Part shown: in pieces, positions 45,793 to 56,213 of the stretch
Layout of the letters: each line of letters opens with the position of its first letter
Position numbering within the stretch: position 1 is the stretch's first letter
NCBI GenBank assembly: GCA_024233785.1
Contig: JACKPD010000014.1
Coordinates: forward strand, 488 to 64,487
Reading direction: 5' to 3'
From: Spirochaetales bacterium
GTDB lineage: Bacteria > Spirochaetota > Spirochaetia > CADAEX01
DNA length: 64,000 nt
The notes under the pieces: generated by a model
What the model was told of the DNA's origin: nothing
Database searches by the model: none
What the model saw: only the letters and a program-made list of their open reading frames with translations
Made by a program: the position numbers and the translations under genes

Positions 45793-46944
45793 ATGGTACT
45801 TAAGGAACAAAAGATTTGTAAAACAGTAAAAAGACCTATTCTTTTAAATCCAGGGCCTTCAACTACAACAGAATCTGTAAAAGCGGCTCTTATACAGGAT
45901 GACATCTGCCATAGAGAAGAAGCTTTCGCAAAAATTGTCAGAGAAATTTCAGAAGACCTTGTAAAGGTTGTTCATGGCAAAACAAACGAATACGCAGCAG
46001 TTATTTATGCCGGATCCGGAACAATCAATATAGATGTCGCTATCAGCTCACTCGTGCCGGACGGGAAAAAAGTTCTTGTAGTAAATAACGGAGCTTACAG
46101 CCAGAGGGCGGTTGACGTATGTAATTACTGCAGAATCCCGGTTGTGGATGTCAAATTCGGTGTTACTGATCTTCCTGACATGGCTGTTGTTGAAAAAGCG
46201 CTTAAAGAAAACCCGGATGTAGCATTGGTTTACATGGTACACCAGGAAACAGGAACAGGCCTCTGCAACCCGATCAGGGAAGGGGGTGCGCTTGCCCACA
46301 AATACAATGCTGTTTTTGTAACTGACACAACATCAACCTATGGTATTATCCCGATGAATGTTTATGATGACAACATCGACTTCTGTATGGCCTCTTCGCA
46401 GAAAGGGATGAATGCTTTTACCGGTGTCTCTTTCCTCATTGGGAAAAGATCGGAAATTGAAAAGACAAAAAATTACAAAGCCCGTTCATACTATACAAAT
46501 CTCTGGAGACAGTATGATTTCTTTGAAAAGAACAAGCAGCTCCACTTCACACCCCCTGTACAGATAATCTATTCGCTTCAGCAGGGAATCAAGGAACATT
46601 TCGCCGAAGGTGAACAGGCAAAATACAAAAGGTTTATGGACGGATACAAAGTGATCAGGGAAGAAATGACAAAACTCGGTTTCAAGGATATCCTTCCAGT
46701 TGAAAAACAGACCGGCCTTGTCGTCTCAATTATGTATCCAAAAGATCCGAAATTCGATTTCCAGAAAATTCACGATTATCTTTTTGATCATGGAGTGACA
46801 ATATATCCAGGAAAAATTGCTGATCTCGAAACATTCAGGGTCTGCAACCTGGGTGCGCTGACCCCGCAAGATATAAAAGACGCCTTCAAAGTACTTGAAG
46901 ATGCGCTTAAATCAATAGGTGTTTCAGTCCCGGTTAAGTACTGA
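45793..46944 (+). CDS. Class-V PLP aminotransferase (serine-pyruvate/alanine-glyoxylate or 2-aminoethylphosphonate-pyruvate type)
   Basis: 'ILLNPGPSTTTESVKAAL...CHREEAF' N-terminal pattern and PLP-lysine motif 'ASSQKGMNA'. 383 aa. Confidence 0.8.
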   Translation: MVLKEQKICKTVKRPILLNPGPSTTTESVKAALIQDDICHREEAFAKIVREISEDLVKVVHGKTNEYAAVIYAGSGTINIDVAISSLVPDGKKVLVVNNGAYSQRAVDVCNYCRIPVVDVKFGVTDLPDMAVVEKALKENPDVALVYMVHQETGTGLCNPIREGGALAHKYNAVFVTDTTSTYGIIPMNVYDDNIDFCMASSQKGMNAFTGVSFLIGKRSEIEKTKNYKARSYYTNLWRQYDFFEKNKQLHFTPPVQIIYSLQQGIKEHFAEGEQAKYKRFMDGYKVIREEMTKLGFKDILPVEKQTGLVVSIMYPKDPKFDFQKIHDYLFDHGVTIYPGKIADLETFRVCNLGALTPQDIKDAFKVLEDALKSIGVSVPVKY

Positions 46945-47156
46945 GACTTACAATAGCTGGACATCTAGTAGCAAATCTTATGGTTACTATTAGATTATTT
47001 TATTTCTTTAACATTTGAGAGAAATTTTTACTTGCAAAAAAAATGATTTCAAGTAATAATTTACAAAAGGCGTTAATTTACTGTTAATTGACATACATAA
47101 TCAGTTTGGTTGTGTTTATCAAATTGATAGCTTTTCAATTGTTAAGAGGAGGAATT

Positions 47157-47459
47157 ATGAAAAGAAAGTTATTTCTTGTTGTTCTTGTAGCCATTGTTGG
47201 AATGATGTTTGTTGCATGTGCTTCAGCACCTGCAGCGGCTGCTGATCCGAAAGAAGCCGAAGCAAAAGCTCTTTACGCAGAAGTACAGGATCTCCAGGCA
47301 AAATGTCTTGCAGCTGGTCTTGATAAAAAATTCAGCAACTGGGGAAGAGCGGAAAGTATCCAGTTTCTTGGTGCACAGTATATGGAAAAGAAAATGTATA
47401 CAGCAGCAATGGAACCGCTTGGACAGGCAAAGGTTTATTACACAGGTTATTTGAAATAA
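47157..47459 (+). CDS. Small lipoprotein (100 aa), function unknown
   Basis: ATG at 47157 preceded by AAGAGGAGG. Signal peptide plus lipobox 'VGMMFVAC'. Helical mature part. The track ORF's upstream extension (47088) lacks a ribosome-binding site. Confidence 0.65.
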   Translation: MKRKLFLVVLVAIVGMMFVACASAPAAAADPKEAEAKALYAEVQDLQAKCLAAGLDKKFSNWGRAESIQFLGAQYMEKKMYTAAMEPLGQAKVYYTGYLK

Positions 47460-47478
47460 TAACTTTGTTATTATTATA

Positions 47479-47514
47479 ACAGGACAGGATACTATATTCT
47501 GTCCTGTTTTTTTT
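47479..47514 (+). terminator. Rho-independent terminator of the lipoprotein gene, embedded in the 3' end of the convergent GntR gene
   Basis: 'acaggacag' (47479-47487) pairs with 'ctgtcctgt' (47499-47507), followed by T8 (47507-47514). Confidence 0.8.
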
Positions 47515-48265
47515 GGTACTGATATTCCCCGGATTCAATCCTGAACCTGTATCTGTCTCCCCTGAAGCATGAATAGAGGACTTCAACTGGCATGCCTCCA
47601 GAATCAAAAGAAAGACTTTCAACCATCAGACACGGCTGGGGCTTAACAAAGCCGAAAATTTTCATCTCTTCCTTTCCGGAAAAAACAGAACTTAAATACT
47701 GCACTGACTTCACCAGATGAGTATCAAACTCTTCCACAAGCGTTCTATAAAGGGAACCGGTGATTTCCATATCTGTCAGCCGGCTGAATCTGTCGTACGG
47801 CAGATAACTGCTTTCAATGCAGACCGGTTCGTTTTCAGCGTATTTTGTTCTCAGGGTATGAAGGACCCTGCTGCCTGTGGGGAGTCCAAGGAGCTTTGCT
47901 GTTTTTTGAGGCGCTTCAATTACCTCGATCCTGTTGCTTTCCGTACGGGCGCTGATTCCGCTGTTTTCCATTGATTCTGTAAAACTCAGGATATTATTGA
48001 ACTGCCATATATATTCAACAGGGGTGTTTCTGACAAGAATTGAGCCGTGGCCGCGCCTTCTTGTAACCATTTTACGTACTACAAAATCATCTATAGCCTG
48101 TCTTACCGTCATCCTGTTGAATCCGAACTTTTCCGCTATGCTTTCTTCTGTAGGCAGGCGGCCTCCGACAGTTATTACTCCCTCTTTAATCTGCTCTTCA
48201 AGCCAGTTTATTATTTTTACATACTTTGGCGTATTACTGTGCTCCTTCATGCAGCTCATCTCCAT
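47492..48265 (-). CDS. GntR-family transcriptional regulator, HutC subfamily (winged HTH + UTRA effector domain)
   Basis: 'LPTEESIAEKFGFNRMTVRQAIDDFVVRKMVTRRRGHGS', then a UTRA-like C-terminus of about 150 aa. Start is ambiguous (M1, M3 or M6). Confidence 0.85.
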   Translation of the reverse strand: MEMSCMKEHSNTPKYVKIINWLEEQIKEGVITVGGRLPTEESIAEKFGFNRMTVRQAIDDFVVRKMVTRRRGHGSILVRNTPVEYIWQFNNILSFTESMENSGISARTESNRIEVIEAPQKTAKLLGLPTGSRVLHTLRTKYAENEPVCIESSYLPYDRFSRLTDMEITGSLYRTLVEEFDTHLVKSVQYLSSVFSGKEEMKIFGFVKPQPCLMVESLSFDSGGMPVEVLYSCFRGDRYRFRIESGEYQYQKKQDRI

Positions 48266-48367
48266 GTTTTAATTTTACTTTTTTGAATTTACAGATAAAA
48301 AATACCGCTAAAATCCAATCATTACAACAGCTTGAACATGTTGTTTTCTAATGATAGATTAATTCCC

Positions 48368-50146
48368 ATGAAATTTTTAAAACGCACACACACATGCGGA
48401 GAGCTCAATGCTTCCTCCGGTTCAGCAAAAGTATTATTAAGCGGATGGGTCTACAAAAACAGAAATCATGGCGGGATACATTTCCTGGATCTCAGGGACC
48501 GCTATGGAATAACCCAGATTGTTATTGACGAGAACGCTCCTTCAGAACTCAAGGAAACAGCTTCACGGCTTAAATTTGAATACTGTATTTCAGTATCAGG
48601 CACGGTAAGGAAAAGGCCTGATAATATGATTAATAAGGATATGAGTACAGGTGAAATTGAAATATCGGCAGACGATATAATAATTCATTCATCCTGCGAC
48701 ACACTTCCCTTTATGGTAGACGGAGAGGCGGAAGCCAGGGAAGAGCTGCGCCTCAAATACAGATACCTTGACCTCCGGACTGAGCGGATGCAGAGGAATA
48801 TCACAATAAGGCACAAAACAGCTTTCGCTGTAAGGGAATATCTTAATTCCAGAAATTTCTACGAGATAGAAACCCCGACATTTATCAAAACCACACCGGA
48901 AGGGGCCCGCGATTTTATTGTACCGTCCAGGATCTATCCGGGGAAAGCATTCGCGCTTCCGCAGTCGCCGCAGATTTACAAGCAGCTTCTGATGGTATCA
49001 GGATTTGATAAATATTTTCAGATAGCAAGGTGCTACAGGGATGAGGATGCCAGGGGTGACAGGCAGCCTGAATTTACCCAGATTGATATTGAAATGAGTT
49101 TTGTCGACAGGGAGGATGTCCTTTCGCTTACGGAAGGGATGATGAACCATGTCTTTGAAAAAACACTCTCCGTAAAACTTCCTGAAGCCTTCAGACGGCT
49201 TACATATCATCAGGCTATGGACCTGTACGGAACTGACAAGCCTGATCTGCGTTATGACCTTCAGATGGGAGACATGACAGACCTGGTTAAGGATTCTGAA
49301 TTCTCTGTTTTCAAGGCTGCTGCGGAAAGCGGAGGCTTTGTTAAATTCCTTAACGCAAAGGGATGCGCCGGTTATTCAAGAAAGCAGATAACAGACCTTG
49401 AAGAGACAGCAAAAATATATAAAGCCAAAGGCCTTGCCTGGATGAAGGTCACAGAATCCGGCATAGACGGAGGGATTTCCAAATTCTTTAAAGAAATGGA
49501 AAAGGCAATTATAGAAAGGACTTGTGCGCAGCCCGGCGACCTCCTGCTTTTCGCAGCCGACAACTGGAAGACAGCCTGTACTTCACTTGGCGCCGTAAGG
49601 TCACGGCTCGCGTCCGACCTTGGCCTTATCGACAGGGACAGGTTCGAATTTGTCTGGATAGTCGACTTTCCCTTATTTGAATGGAATGAGGATGAAAACA
49701 AATGGGACCCGGCCCATCACATGTTCTCAATGCCCCAGGCGCAGTTTCTTGATACTATGGAAAAAGATCCTGGCCCTGTAAAAGGAGATCTTTACGATCT
49801 TGTCCTTAACGGCTATGAGATAGCATCAGGTTCAATCAGGGTGCATGATCCGGTCATACAGAAGAAAATATTCAGCATCGTAGGTTTCTCGGAAGAGGAG
49901 GCAATGAACAAGTTCGGCTTTCTCCTTGATTCATTCAGGTTCGGGCCGCCCCCGCACGGAGGCATTGCCCCGGGTCTCGACAGGCTTGTAATGCTTATGT
50001 GCAGAGAACCGTCCATCAGGGAGGTAATTGCATTCCCCAAAAATACGGCAGGGCTTTCACCTCTTGATTCATCACCATCAGAACTTTCCGGTATACAGAT
50101 GAAAGAACTGCATATTGAATTTAAACTGGATGAGGCTGAAAAATAA
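48368..50146 (+). CDS. aspS: Aspartate-tRNA ligase
   Basis: 'RTHTCGEL', 'GWVYKNRNHGGIHFLDLRDRYG', 'CYRDEDARGDRQPEFTQIDIEMSF' and motif 3 'GGIAPGLDRLVML'. The ATG at 48368 (MKFLKRTH) seems likelier than the track start at 48332. Confidence 0.93.
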   Translation: MKFLKRTHTCGELNASSGSAKVLLSGWVYKNRNHGGIHFLDLRDRYGITQIVIDENAPSELKETASRLKFEYCISVSGTVRKRPDNMINKDMSTGEIEISADDIIIHSSCDTLPFMVDGEAEAREELRLKYRYLDLRTERMQRNITIRHKTAFAVREYLNSRNFYEIETPTFIKTTPEGARDFIVPSRIYPGKAFALPQSPQIYKQLLMVSGFDKYFQIARCYRDEDARGDRQPEFTQIDIEMSFVDREDVLSLTEGMMNHVFEKTLSVKLPEAFRRLTYHQAMDLYGTDKPDLRYDLQMGDMTDLVKDSEFSVFKAAAESGGFVKFLNAKGCAGYSRKQITDLEETAKIYKAKGLAWMKVTESGIDGGISKFFKEMEKAIIERTCAQPGDLLLFAADNWKTACTSLGAVRSRLASDLGLIDRDRFEFVWIVDFPLFEWNEDENKWDPAHHMFSMPQAQFLDTMEKDPGPVKGDLYDLVLNGYEIASGSIRVHDPVIQKKIFSIVGFSEEEAMNKFGFLLDSFRFGPPPHGGIAPGLDRLVMLMCREPSIREVIAFPKNTAGLSPLDSSPSELSGIQMKELHIEFKLDEAEK

Positions 50147-50224
50147 AAAAGGCTGCCTCAATGATATGGGCCCCTTTAGTTGGACAATAATCCAACTAAG
50201 GGGGTTACCTCACAACAGCAGCCT
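50141..50224. terminator. Compound long hairpin acting as a terminator between convergent genes
   Basis: Inner 14-bp stem 50171-50184 / 50191-50204 (one G-U pair) with a 6-nt loop. Outer stem 'aggctgc' 50150-50156 / 'gcagcct' 50218-50224. The flanking 'aaataaaaaa' (50141-50150) gives a T-run on the minus strand. Confidence 0.6.
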
Positions 50225-50302
50225 CTTATCAAAAGCAAGGGGATAACATGCAGGACGCTGGAGACAATAAAATTGAATCCCGCGTTTCCCGGTTACCCCG
50301 GA

Positions 50303-51643
50303 TCAGTTTTTAGCGGAAGCCAATGCAGGTTCTCTCATTGACGAGGTGTAAGCTTTAAACAGCTTCTCAAAAAGCAGGGGCGCTTTTTTCATATCTTCCT
50401 TTGCCGGAACATATGCAACCCTCATCTGTGTGTCGCCCGGGTTTTTCTCACCCTTTTCAACGCTGTAGAACCCCGACATGGGGGCAACAAGAAGCGTGTA
50501 GTATTCGCCATCCAGTTCTACCTTACCCTCTTTTGCACAGTAAAGTACAAAATCCATGGCTTTGAAACCGGCTGGAGCAATATCCCTTACATCTATTACT
50601 GAATAAATCGATGAATCAGGGCTTGAAACAATTACGCCCGGGAGTCTTGATTTAAGCTCGCTGCAGAAATCAGCAAGCATCGGTTTGTAATAACCGCTGA
50701 TTTTACTGTACCATTTGTTAAGATCTTCATGCGTCTCGTGCGCGATTGCCCCGAAAATATACTGACCTATTGCGCTTGAACACAGGTTTGCAGTGTTTTC
50801 AGCTACCGCCTTTGTATGAAATTCCTCATTATCAGTAATAAGAGCGCCGACCCTCAGTCCGCAGCAGTTCCATACTTTGGAAGTTGTTTCTATACTGATT
50901 CTTCTCCCCTCAATTCCGGGAACATCCTTATCTGTGACACCCCAGATACTGCTTACTTTATCACCGCTGTAAAGAAGCTCCCTGTATGCCTCATCACTTA
51001 CCATCCACATGTTGTATTTCACGCAGAGTTTGGCGAGAGAAACCATAGCCGCCTTGTCGTAGAAATGCCCTGTCGGGTTATCGTATGGAATTACTATCAT
51101 GACGCCTGGTTTGTTTTTTTCGATTACCTCTTCAATCTCTTTCATATCAGGAAGGGTGAATTTACCGTTTTTCTCAAGCTTTCTTTTAACGGAAACGCTT
51201 TTTCTTCCAACCCTGTCTTTCATGGAAAGATAGTTTGTATAGGCAGGATCAATAAGCAGAATAGGTTTTTCATCAGTCCCGGCGGGACCGCAGATTCCCA
51301 GTATAATGATCTCCATTGCCTGGCTGCCGCCGTCTGTAATCTGGGAATACAGTCCTTCTGTCTTAAACCCGCCCGAGGCAATGACATTTAAAAACGCATC
51401 ATTGGTTTCTTTCATCCCTACTGTAGCTGTATATTTGACAACACCGTCTTTAAAAGGCGAACCTTCAGCATCAAGATTGAACATCCTCTTCTGCATCGCA
51501 GGATGCGTCGGCAGTGTAACATTCCCTATTGCGGTATTTATCGCTATTACCTTATCTTTACGTTTGGCAAATTCAATCTGTGACATCCTTATTGCCGAAG
51601 GTTTCCTGGCCTGAAAATAAACTGACATCTGCGGTTTATTCAT
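50303..51643 (-). CDS. Class-I/II PLP aminotransferase (446 aa)
   Basis: 'IVIPYDNPTGH', PLP-lysine region 'ETTSKVWNCCGLRVG' and 'RVAYV'. Confidence 0.8.
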   Translation of the reverse strand: MNKPQMSVYFQARKPSAIRMSQIEFAKRKDKVIAINTAIGNVTLPTHPAMQKRMFNLDAEGSPFKDGVVKYTATVGMKETNDAFLNVIASGGFKTEGLYSQITDGGSQAMEIIILGICGPAGTDEKPILLIDPAYTNYLSMKDRVGRKSVSVKRKLEKNGKFTLPDMKEIEEVIEKNKPGVMIVIPYDNPTGHFYDKAAMVSLAKLCVKYNMWMVSDEAYRELLYSGDKVSSIWGVTDKDVPGIEGRRISIETTSKVWNCCGLRVGALITDNEEFHTKAVAENTANLCSSAIGQYIFGAIAHETHEDLNKWYSKISGYYKPMLADFCSELKSRLPGVIVSSPDSSIYSVIDVRDIAPAGFKAMDFVLYCAKEGKVELDGEYYTLLVAPMSGFYSVEKGEKNPGDTQMRVAYVPAKEDMKKAPLLFEKLFKAYTSSMREPALASAKN

Positions 51644-51797
51644 TATTCCCTCCTGTCTCCCTCAAGTTCTTATCAATATTTAGCATCTATTTTGATATAT
51701 AAATCATTATAACATGCAATTATTGATAAATAAAGTATAATAATGCGCATTTTTTGATATTATCGTGACAGTATCAGCATGTTTTCTGATATATTTA

Positions 51798-51826
51798 CAA
51801 AAAAACCGCAGATTGGCAGTCTGCGG
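51798..51826 (-). terminator. Rho-independent terminator of the amino-acid ABC operon
   Basis: 'ccgcaga' (51806-51812) pairs with 'tctgcgg' (51820-51826). The A-run at 51798-51805 gives a T-run on the minus strand. It lies 30 nt past the ATPase stop. Confidence 0.8.
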
Positions 51827-51855
51827 CTTTTCCCGTTTATTTTTATTAAATACTT

Positions 51856-52599
51856 CTACAATATATGCTTGAGGAATTTCTTTGTTCTCTCTTCCTTCGG
51901 TCTGTCAAAGATATCATCGGGCGTACCGATTTCAATTATCTCCCCGCCGTCCATAAAAACAACCTTATCAGCTGCCGCTCTCGCAAAACCCATCTCGTGG
52001 GAAACAACAAGCATTGTCATACCGTCTTTTGCAAGCTGAAGCATAACATCAAGAACTTCCTTTATCATTTCAGGGTCAAGGGCGCTTGTAGGCTCGTCGA
52101 AAAGCATTACCTTCGGGTTCATGGCAAGAGCCCTTGCTATCGCAACCCGCTGCTGCTGTCCGCCTGAAAGCTGGTCAGGATAGTTGTTTTCCTTATCGGA
52201 AAGGCCTACCCTTTTAAGGAGTTCTCTCCCGTTTGCTACAGCAGCTTCTTTTGGTGTCTTTTTAACTGTCAGCGGCGCGAGTGTTACATTTTCAAGCGCA
52301 GTAAGGTGGGAAAACAGATTGAAACTCTGAAAAACCATTCCAACCTCTTCCCTTATCTTCCGAATATCTGATTTATTATGCGTCAAAAGATCGTCATCGA
52401 CCCAGATATCTCCCGAAGTAAGGTTTTCAAGCCTGTTTACACTCCTTAGCAAGGTGCTTTTGCCGCTTCCTGAAGGCCCGATAATAAGGACAACTTCTCC
52501 TGTTTTCACTTCGAGGCTTACGTTTTTCAGCGCAACTACTTTATCAAAATTTTTTGACGCATTTTGAATTCTTACTCTCGGTTTGTTGTTACTTTTCAC
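51856..52599 (-). CDS. Polar amino-acid ABC transporter ATP-binding protein
   Basis: 'GPSGSGKST', '[15 protein letters not shown]' and '[11 protein letters not shown]' (GlnQ/HisP type). Confidence 0.92.
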   Translation of the reverse strand: MKSNNKPRVRIQNASKNFDKVVALKNVSLEVKTGEVVLIIGPSGSGKSTLLRSVNRLENLTSGDIWVDDDLLTHNKSDIRKIREEVGMVFQSFNLFSHLTALENVTLAPLTVKKTPKEAAVANGRELLKRVGLSDKENNYPDQLSGGQQQRVAIARALAMNPKVMLFDEPTSALDPEMIKEVLDVMLQLAKDGMTMLVVSHEMGFARAAADKVVFMDGGEIIEIGTPDDIFDRPKEERTKKFLKHIL

Positions 52600-53374
52600 G
52601 TCTCACCAGCCTTTCTTCCATTATTGCCACAAGCCTTGACAGGAACAGTGTTATAATCAGGTAAACAAGTGCTACTATTGTATAGCTTTCAAAATACATG
52701 AATGACGTTGAAGCATATTCCCTGCCGCGCCTGAGTAAATCAGATACCGCAAGTATCGAAACAAGGGAGGAATCCTTTAGCAGAGCTATAAACTCGTTGC
52801 CTATCGGCGGAAGTATAACCTTGATTGTCTGAGGAAGAATTACCTTCCATAAAGCCTGTCCCCTTGAAAGTCCAAGCGCAAGGGCTGCTTCCATCTGTCC
52901 CCTTGGAATTGCAAGTATACCGGCCCTGAAAATCTCTCCCATGTAGGCCCCGTAACACACTGCCATTGCAATTACAGCCGAGGCAAGGCGTGGAACCTGA
53001 ACAATTTTGCCAAGCGCGTAATAGATATAAAAAAGCTGGACAAGAAGGGGGATTCCCCTTATTACCTCGACATATACTGTCGCGATCCGGTTAAACACCG
53101 TTATTCTTGAAATCCGTCCCAGGCCTGTTATCAGCCCTATAAAAAACGAAAGGACAATCGAAAGTATAGTTACCTGAAAAGTCGCCAGAATCCCGTCCGG
53201 AAGGAATTTTAGAATCTGAAAATACGGATCAGGTTTGACAACCGGCAGAATGATAAGCAGTGATATAGCCCCGAAAAAGGCGAGTTTCCAGGCTGAAAAT
53301 ATGGATTTCTCGCCTTTATCCGGGATCAGTGTACCATCTGTTACTTCAAAACGGGGCGTTTTTATCTGAGCCAC
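52589..53374 (-). CDS. Polar amino-acid ABC transporter permease (His/Glu/Gln/Arg/opine family)
   Basis: '[15 protein letters not shown]' and the EAA-like loop '[21 protein letters not shown]'. Confidence 0.9.
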   Translation of the reverse strand: MAQIKTPRFEVTDGTLIPDKGEKSIFSAWKLAFFGAISLLIILPVVKPDPYFQILKFLPDGILATFQVTILSIVLSFFIGLITGLGRISRITVFNRIATVYVEVIRGIPLLVQLFYIYYALGKIVQVPRLASAVIAMAVCYGAYMGEIFRAGILAIPRGQMEAALALGLSRGQALWKVILPQTIKVILPPIGNEFIALLKDSSLVSILAVSDLLRRGREYASTSFMYFESYTIVALVYLIITLFLSRLVAIMEERLVRREK

Positions 53375-54120
53375 TTGTCTTCAAGCTCTTTTGCTTTTCC
53401 GGAGTCTATGACTTTTTTAAGTCCCGCATTTATAAGGTCAAGAATTTCCTGGTTTCCTTTTTTTACTGCCACACCGTAGTATTCATCTGTAAAAGGAACT
53501 CCTACAATTTTGAGTTTGCTCTTGTATTCATCATTCTGAAGCACAAAGTCAGCCGCGATAGGAGCATCAGCAACAACACCGGCTATTCTTCCGTTTGCAA
53601 GGTCTGCAATAGCAAGCCCGATTTCATCGTAAGTTTTAAGAACCGCGCCGGCAGTATTCTGAACCTCGATAGCTCCGGTTGTTCCGATCTGCGCGCCTAC
53701 TTCCTTGCCTTTCATGTCAGCGAGGACCTTATCAGTATCATTTCCAGCTTCAACAACAAGAACCTGTCCAGCGTTTACATAGGGTATTGAAAAATCCATT
53801 GTAGCTTTTCTTTCCTCAGTAATTGTAACTGATGAGCAGACAGCATCGTATTCGCCGTTGGCAAGGCCTGCGAAAATTCCGTCCCAGGCGGTATTTTTAA
53901 TAACTACTTCATAACCGCCTGCTTCAGCCGCGGCATTCATCAGATCAACATCAAATCCGACAATATTTTTATTTTCATCTACATACTCCATCGGCGGCCA
54001 TGTCGCATCTGATGCAATTGTAATCACTTTTTTCTCAGCAGATGCCTGTTCTTTTTTAGAACATGAAGCAATTCCGAAAAGAAGAACTGCTGCAAGCAGT
54101 ACAAGTAAAATCTTTTTCAT
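53362..54120 (-). CDS. Polar amino-acid ABC transporter substrate-binding lipoprotein
   Basis: Lipobox 'LFGIASC'. Family-3 binding-protein pattern 'ASDATWPPMEY...GFDVDLMNAAA'. Confidence 0.88.
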   Translation of the reverse strand: MKKILLVLLAAVLLFGIASCSKKEQASAEKKVITIASDATWPPMEYVDENKNIVGFDVDLMNAAAEAGGYEVVIKNTAWDGIFAGLANGEYDAVCSSVTITEERKATMDFSIPYVNAGQVLVVEAGNDTDKVLADMKGKEVGAQIGTTGAIEVQNTAGAVLKTYDEIGLAIADLANGRIAGVVADAPIAADFVLQNDEYKSKLKIVGVPFTDEYYGVAVKKGNQEILDLINAGLKKVIDSGKAKELEDKWLR

Positions 54121-54273
54121 CCGTAATACTCCTTATTTTATGTTTAACATAAAGCTATAAACATATTTATTATTTTTACATATACGATTGAGAATAGTCA
54201 AGTTTTTAGATTATAAGAAGCATAAATAACGCTGCTAATTGAACTAATAGGGGGATTATGTTAGTTTTTAGCC

Positions 54274-55281
54274 ATGTCTGCATTTATCTCAATTGGTATT
54301 ATACTTGTGTTTTTGTTCGCAGGCATGGCTGCAGCAAAAATCAGAATTCTCCCTGAGGGCCGTATATTCAACACCCTGATAAACATTTCACTTTTCCTTC
54401 TCCTTTTCTTCATGGGATTCAGAATAGGAAGAAATGAGGAAATAGGAAAAGCACTTAAAACCATAGGTATTGTTTCCATATCTTTTGCAATAGCATCGGT
54501 TGCGGGAACTGTTATAGTACTTTTCATAATATTTTCAGTCAGGGACTATTTCCGCATTAAAACAAAGCTTTTTAAACCTTATAATGAAACTCCAGGCCGA
54601 AAAAGCAGCATGAGCCCGGCGGCATCAGCAGTAGGCAGCGTAAAGGACCTCAGCCCCGGGAATGATGGATTTTTTCACCATCTGAAAGAGCCCCTTAAGC
54701 TTGTATCATATGTAATTGCGGGTTTTGCGTCAGGCTGGCTTATAAAGATTTATCCGGCATTTACAGGCTCGAACCTTACCACATGGCTTTTGTATCTTCT
54801 GCTGTTTTTAATCGGCGCCCAGCTTGTAAAGAACAATGTAAGCCTTAAAGAGACCCTTGCCCACCCGGAAACCATTCTGCTGCCGCTAGGGACTATAATC
54901 GGCTCCCTGCTCGGGGGACTTGCCGCCGCCCCGCTGCTTATGATAACGCCGGGCAAGGCGCTCGCTCTTGTATCAGGGTTCGGCTGGTACTCGCTGTCAG
55001 GGGTTATTATTACAGATATGGGAGACCCTGTGCTTGGATCGGCAGGGTTTCTGATAAACCTCATGAGGGAAAGTATAGCGCTTGTTACAATTCCTTTTAT
55101 TGCACGCACAAGGTACCCCAATATCGCGATTGGGGTGGCGGGGGCGACAAGCATGGATGTAACACTGCCTCTTATTGAAAAGAGCTGCGGCGATGAGATA
55201 GTGCCTCTTTCAATCTCAAGCGGAGCTATTCTGTCACTCGCGGTCCCTTTTCTTGTCCCTATTTTTTTTCAGGCGGGTTAA
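54274..55281 (+). CDS. LysO/YbjE-family (DUF340) exporter
   Basis: Two DUF340-like halves. 'SGFGWYSLSGVIIT' and 'AGATSMDVTLPLI' as in YbjE. Polytopic membrane protein. Confidence 0.7.
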   Translation: MSAFISIGIILVFLFAGMAAAKIRILPEGRIFNTLINISLFLLLFFMGFRIGRNEEIGKALKTIGIVSISFAIASVAGTVIVLFIIFSVRDYFRIKTKLFKPYNETPGRKSSMSPAASAVGSVKDLSPGNDGFFHHLKEPLKLVSYVIAGFASGWLIKIYPAFTGSNLTTWLLYLLLFLIGAQLVKNNVSLKETLAHPETILLPLGTIIGSLLGGLAAAPLLMITPGKALALVSGFGWYSLSGVIITDMGDPVLGSAGFLINLMRESIALVTIPFIARTRYPNIAIGVAGATSMDVTLPLIEKSCGDEIVPLSISSGAILSLAVPFLVPIFFQAG

Positions 55282-55283
55282 AT

Positions 55284-56213
55284 ATGGATCAGGTACTCTG
55301 CATCGGAAACACATCTTATGATATCACGGCTTACTTTGAGAAATACCCTGAGGAAAACTTCAAGTATATGACGCAGGATTTCAACGAATGCACAGGAGGC
55401 CCTGCCGCAAACGCGTCATGCCTTCTCTCAAAGTGGGGACTTAAATCCTCGTTCATCGGGGTTACAGGCGATGATATTTACGGGCAGCTGATTGAAAAGG
55501 AACTTACGGATTCAGGCGTTGACTGCAGCAGCATGATAAAAAGGAAAGGGATTAAAACGCCCCTTTCAATAATAATCGTAAACCTTGAAAACGGAAGCAG
55601 GACACTTGTAAACAGGAACACCCTTGAACAGACAGGCGGCCAGGCAGCAGAGGGGCTTAAAAAATATAACCCGTCTGTCCTTCTCTTTGACGGATATGAA
55701 CTTGAAACAGCGCTTAAGTCCATGGAAATGTTTCCTGAAGCAAAAACAATTCTTGACGCGGGCTCTCTCAGAAAAGAGACAGAATGCCTGGCCGCAAAGG
55801 TTGATTATCTTGTATGCTCGGAGAGGTTCGCGTGTTCCGTTTCAGGTATAAAAAACATCAAGGAAAGGTCCGCCTACAGCAGGGCATTTAACGCGCTAAA
55901 AGGTTTAAATAAAAATACAATAGTTATTACCATGGGCGAGGACGGGATGGTTTTTGAAAAACCGGGGTTAAACTCTGAAATCACCCGCCTTGACGCGTTC
56001 ATGGTTAAAGCGTTAGACACAACAGGGGCCGGCGACATATATCACGGGGCCTTCGCGTGGTGCCTTGTACAGGGATATGAACTTGAAAAAACAATAGTAT
56101 TTTCAGCCGCCGCTTCCGCCCTCTCCGTACAGAAGAGAGGGGGGATTACTTCAATTCCGTCACTTGAAGAGGTTAAAACTTTCCTCAGAAACGAAGGTCG
56201 GGGTAATTGGTAA
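55284..56213 (+). CDS. PfkB-family carbohydrate/nucleoside kinase
   Basis: 'GGPAANAS' and the C-terminal signature 'DTTGAGDIYHGAFA'. Confidence 0.85.
   Translation: MDQVLCIGNTSYDITAYFEKYPEENFKYMTQDFNECTGGPAANASCLLSKWGLKSSFIGVTGDDIYGQLIEKELTDSGVDCSSMIKRKGIKTPLSIIIVNLENGSRTLVNRNTLEQTGGQAAEGLKKYNPSVLLFDGYELETALKSMEMFPEAKTILDAGSLRKETECLAAKVDYLVCSERFACSVSGIKNIKERSAYSRAFNALKGLNKNTIVITMGEDGMVFEKPGLNSEITRLDAFMVKALDTTGAGDIYHGAFAWCLVQGYELEKTIVFSAAASALSVQKRGGITSIPSLEEVKTFLRNEGRGNW

Noticed and set aside
50150-50224. Unusually long nested hairpin (14-bp inner stem plus 7-bp outer stem) as a candidate small RNA or REP-like element
   Set aside because: It lies between two convergent genes and has a flanking A/T run, so a bidirectional terminator explains it adequately. 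I saw no second copy in the window.
56185-56213. 29-nt overlap of the convergent 3' ends of the PfkB kinase and glycerophosphodiesterase genes
   Set aside because: Both ORFs have clear family motifs up to their ends. Convergent overlaps of this size occur by chance, and I identified no regulatory feature.
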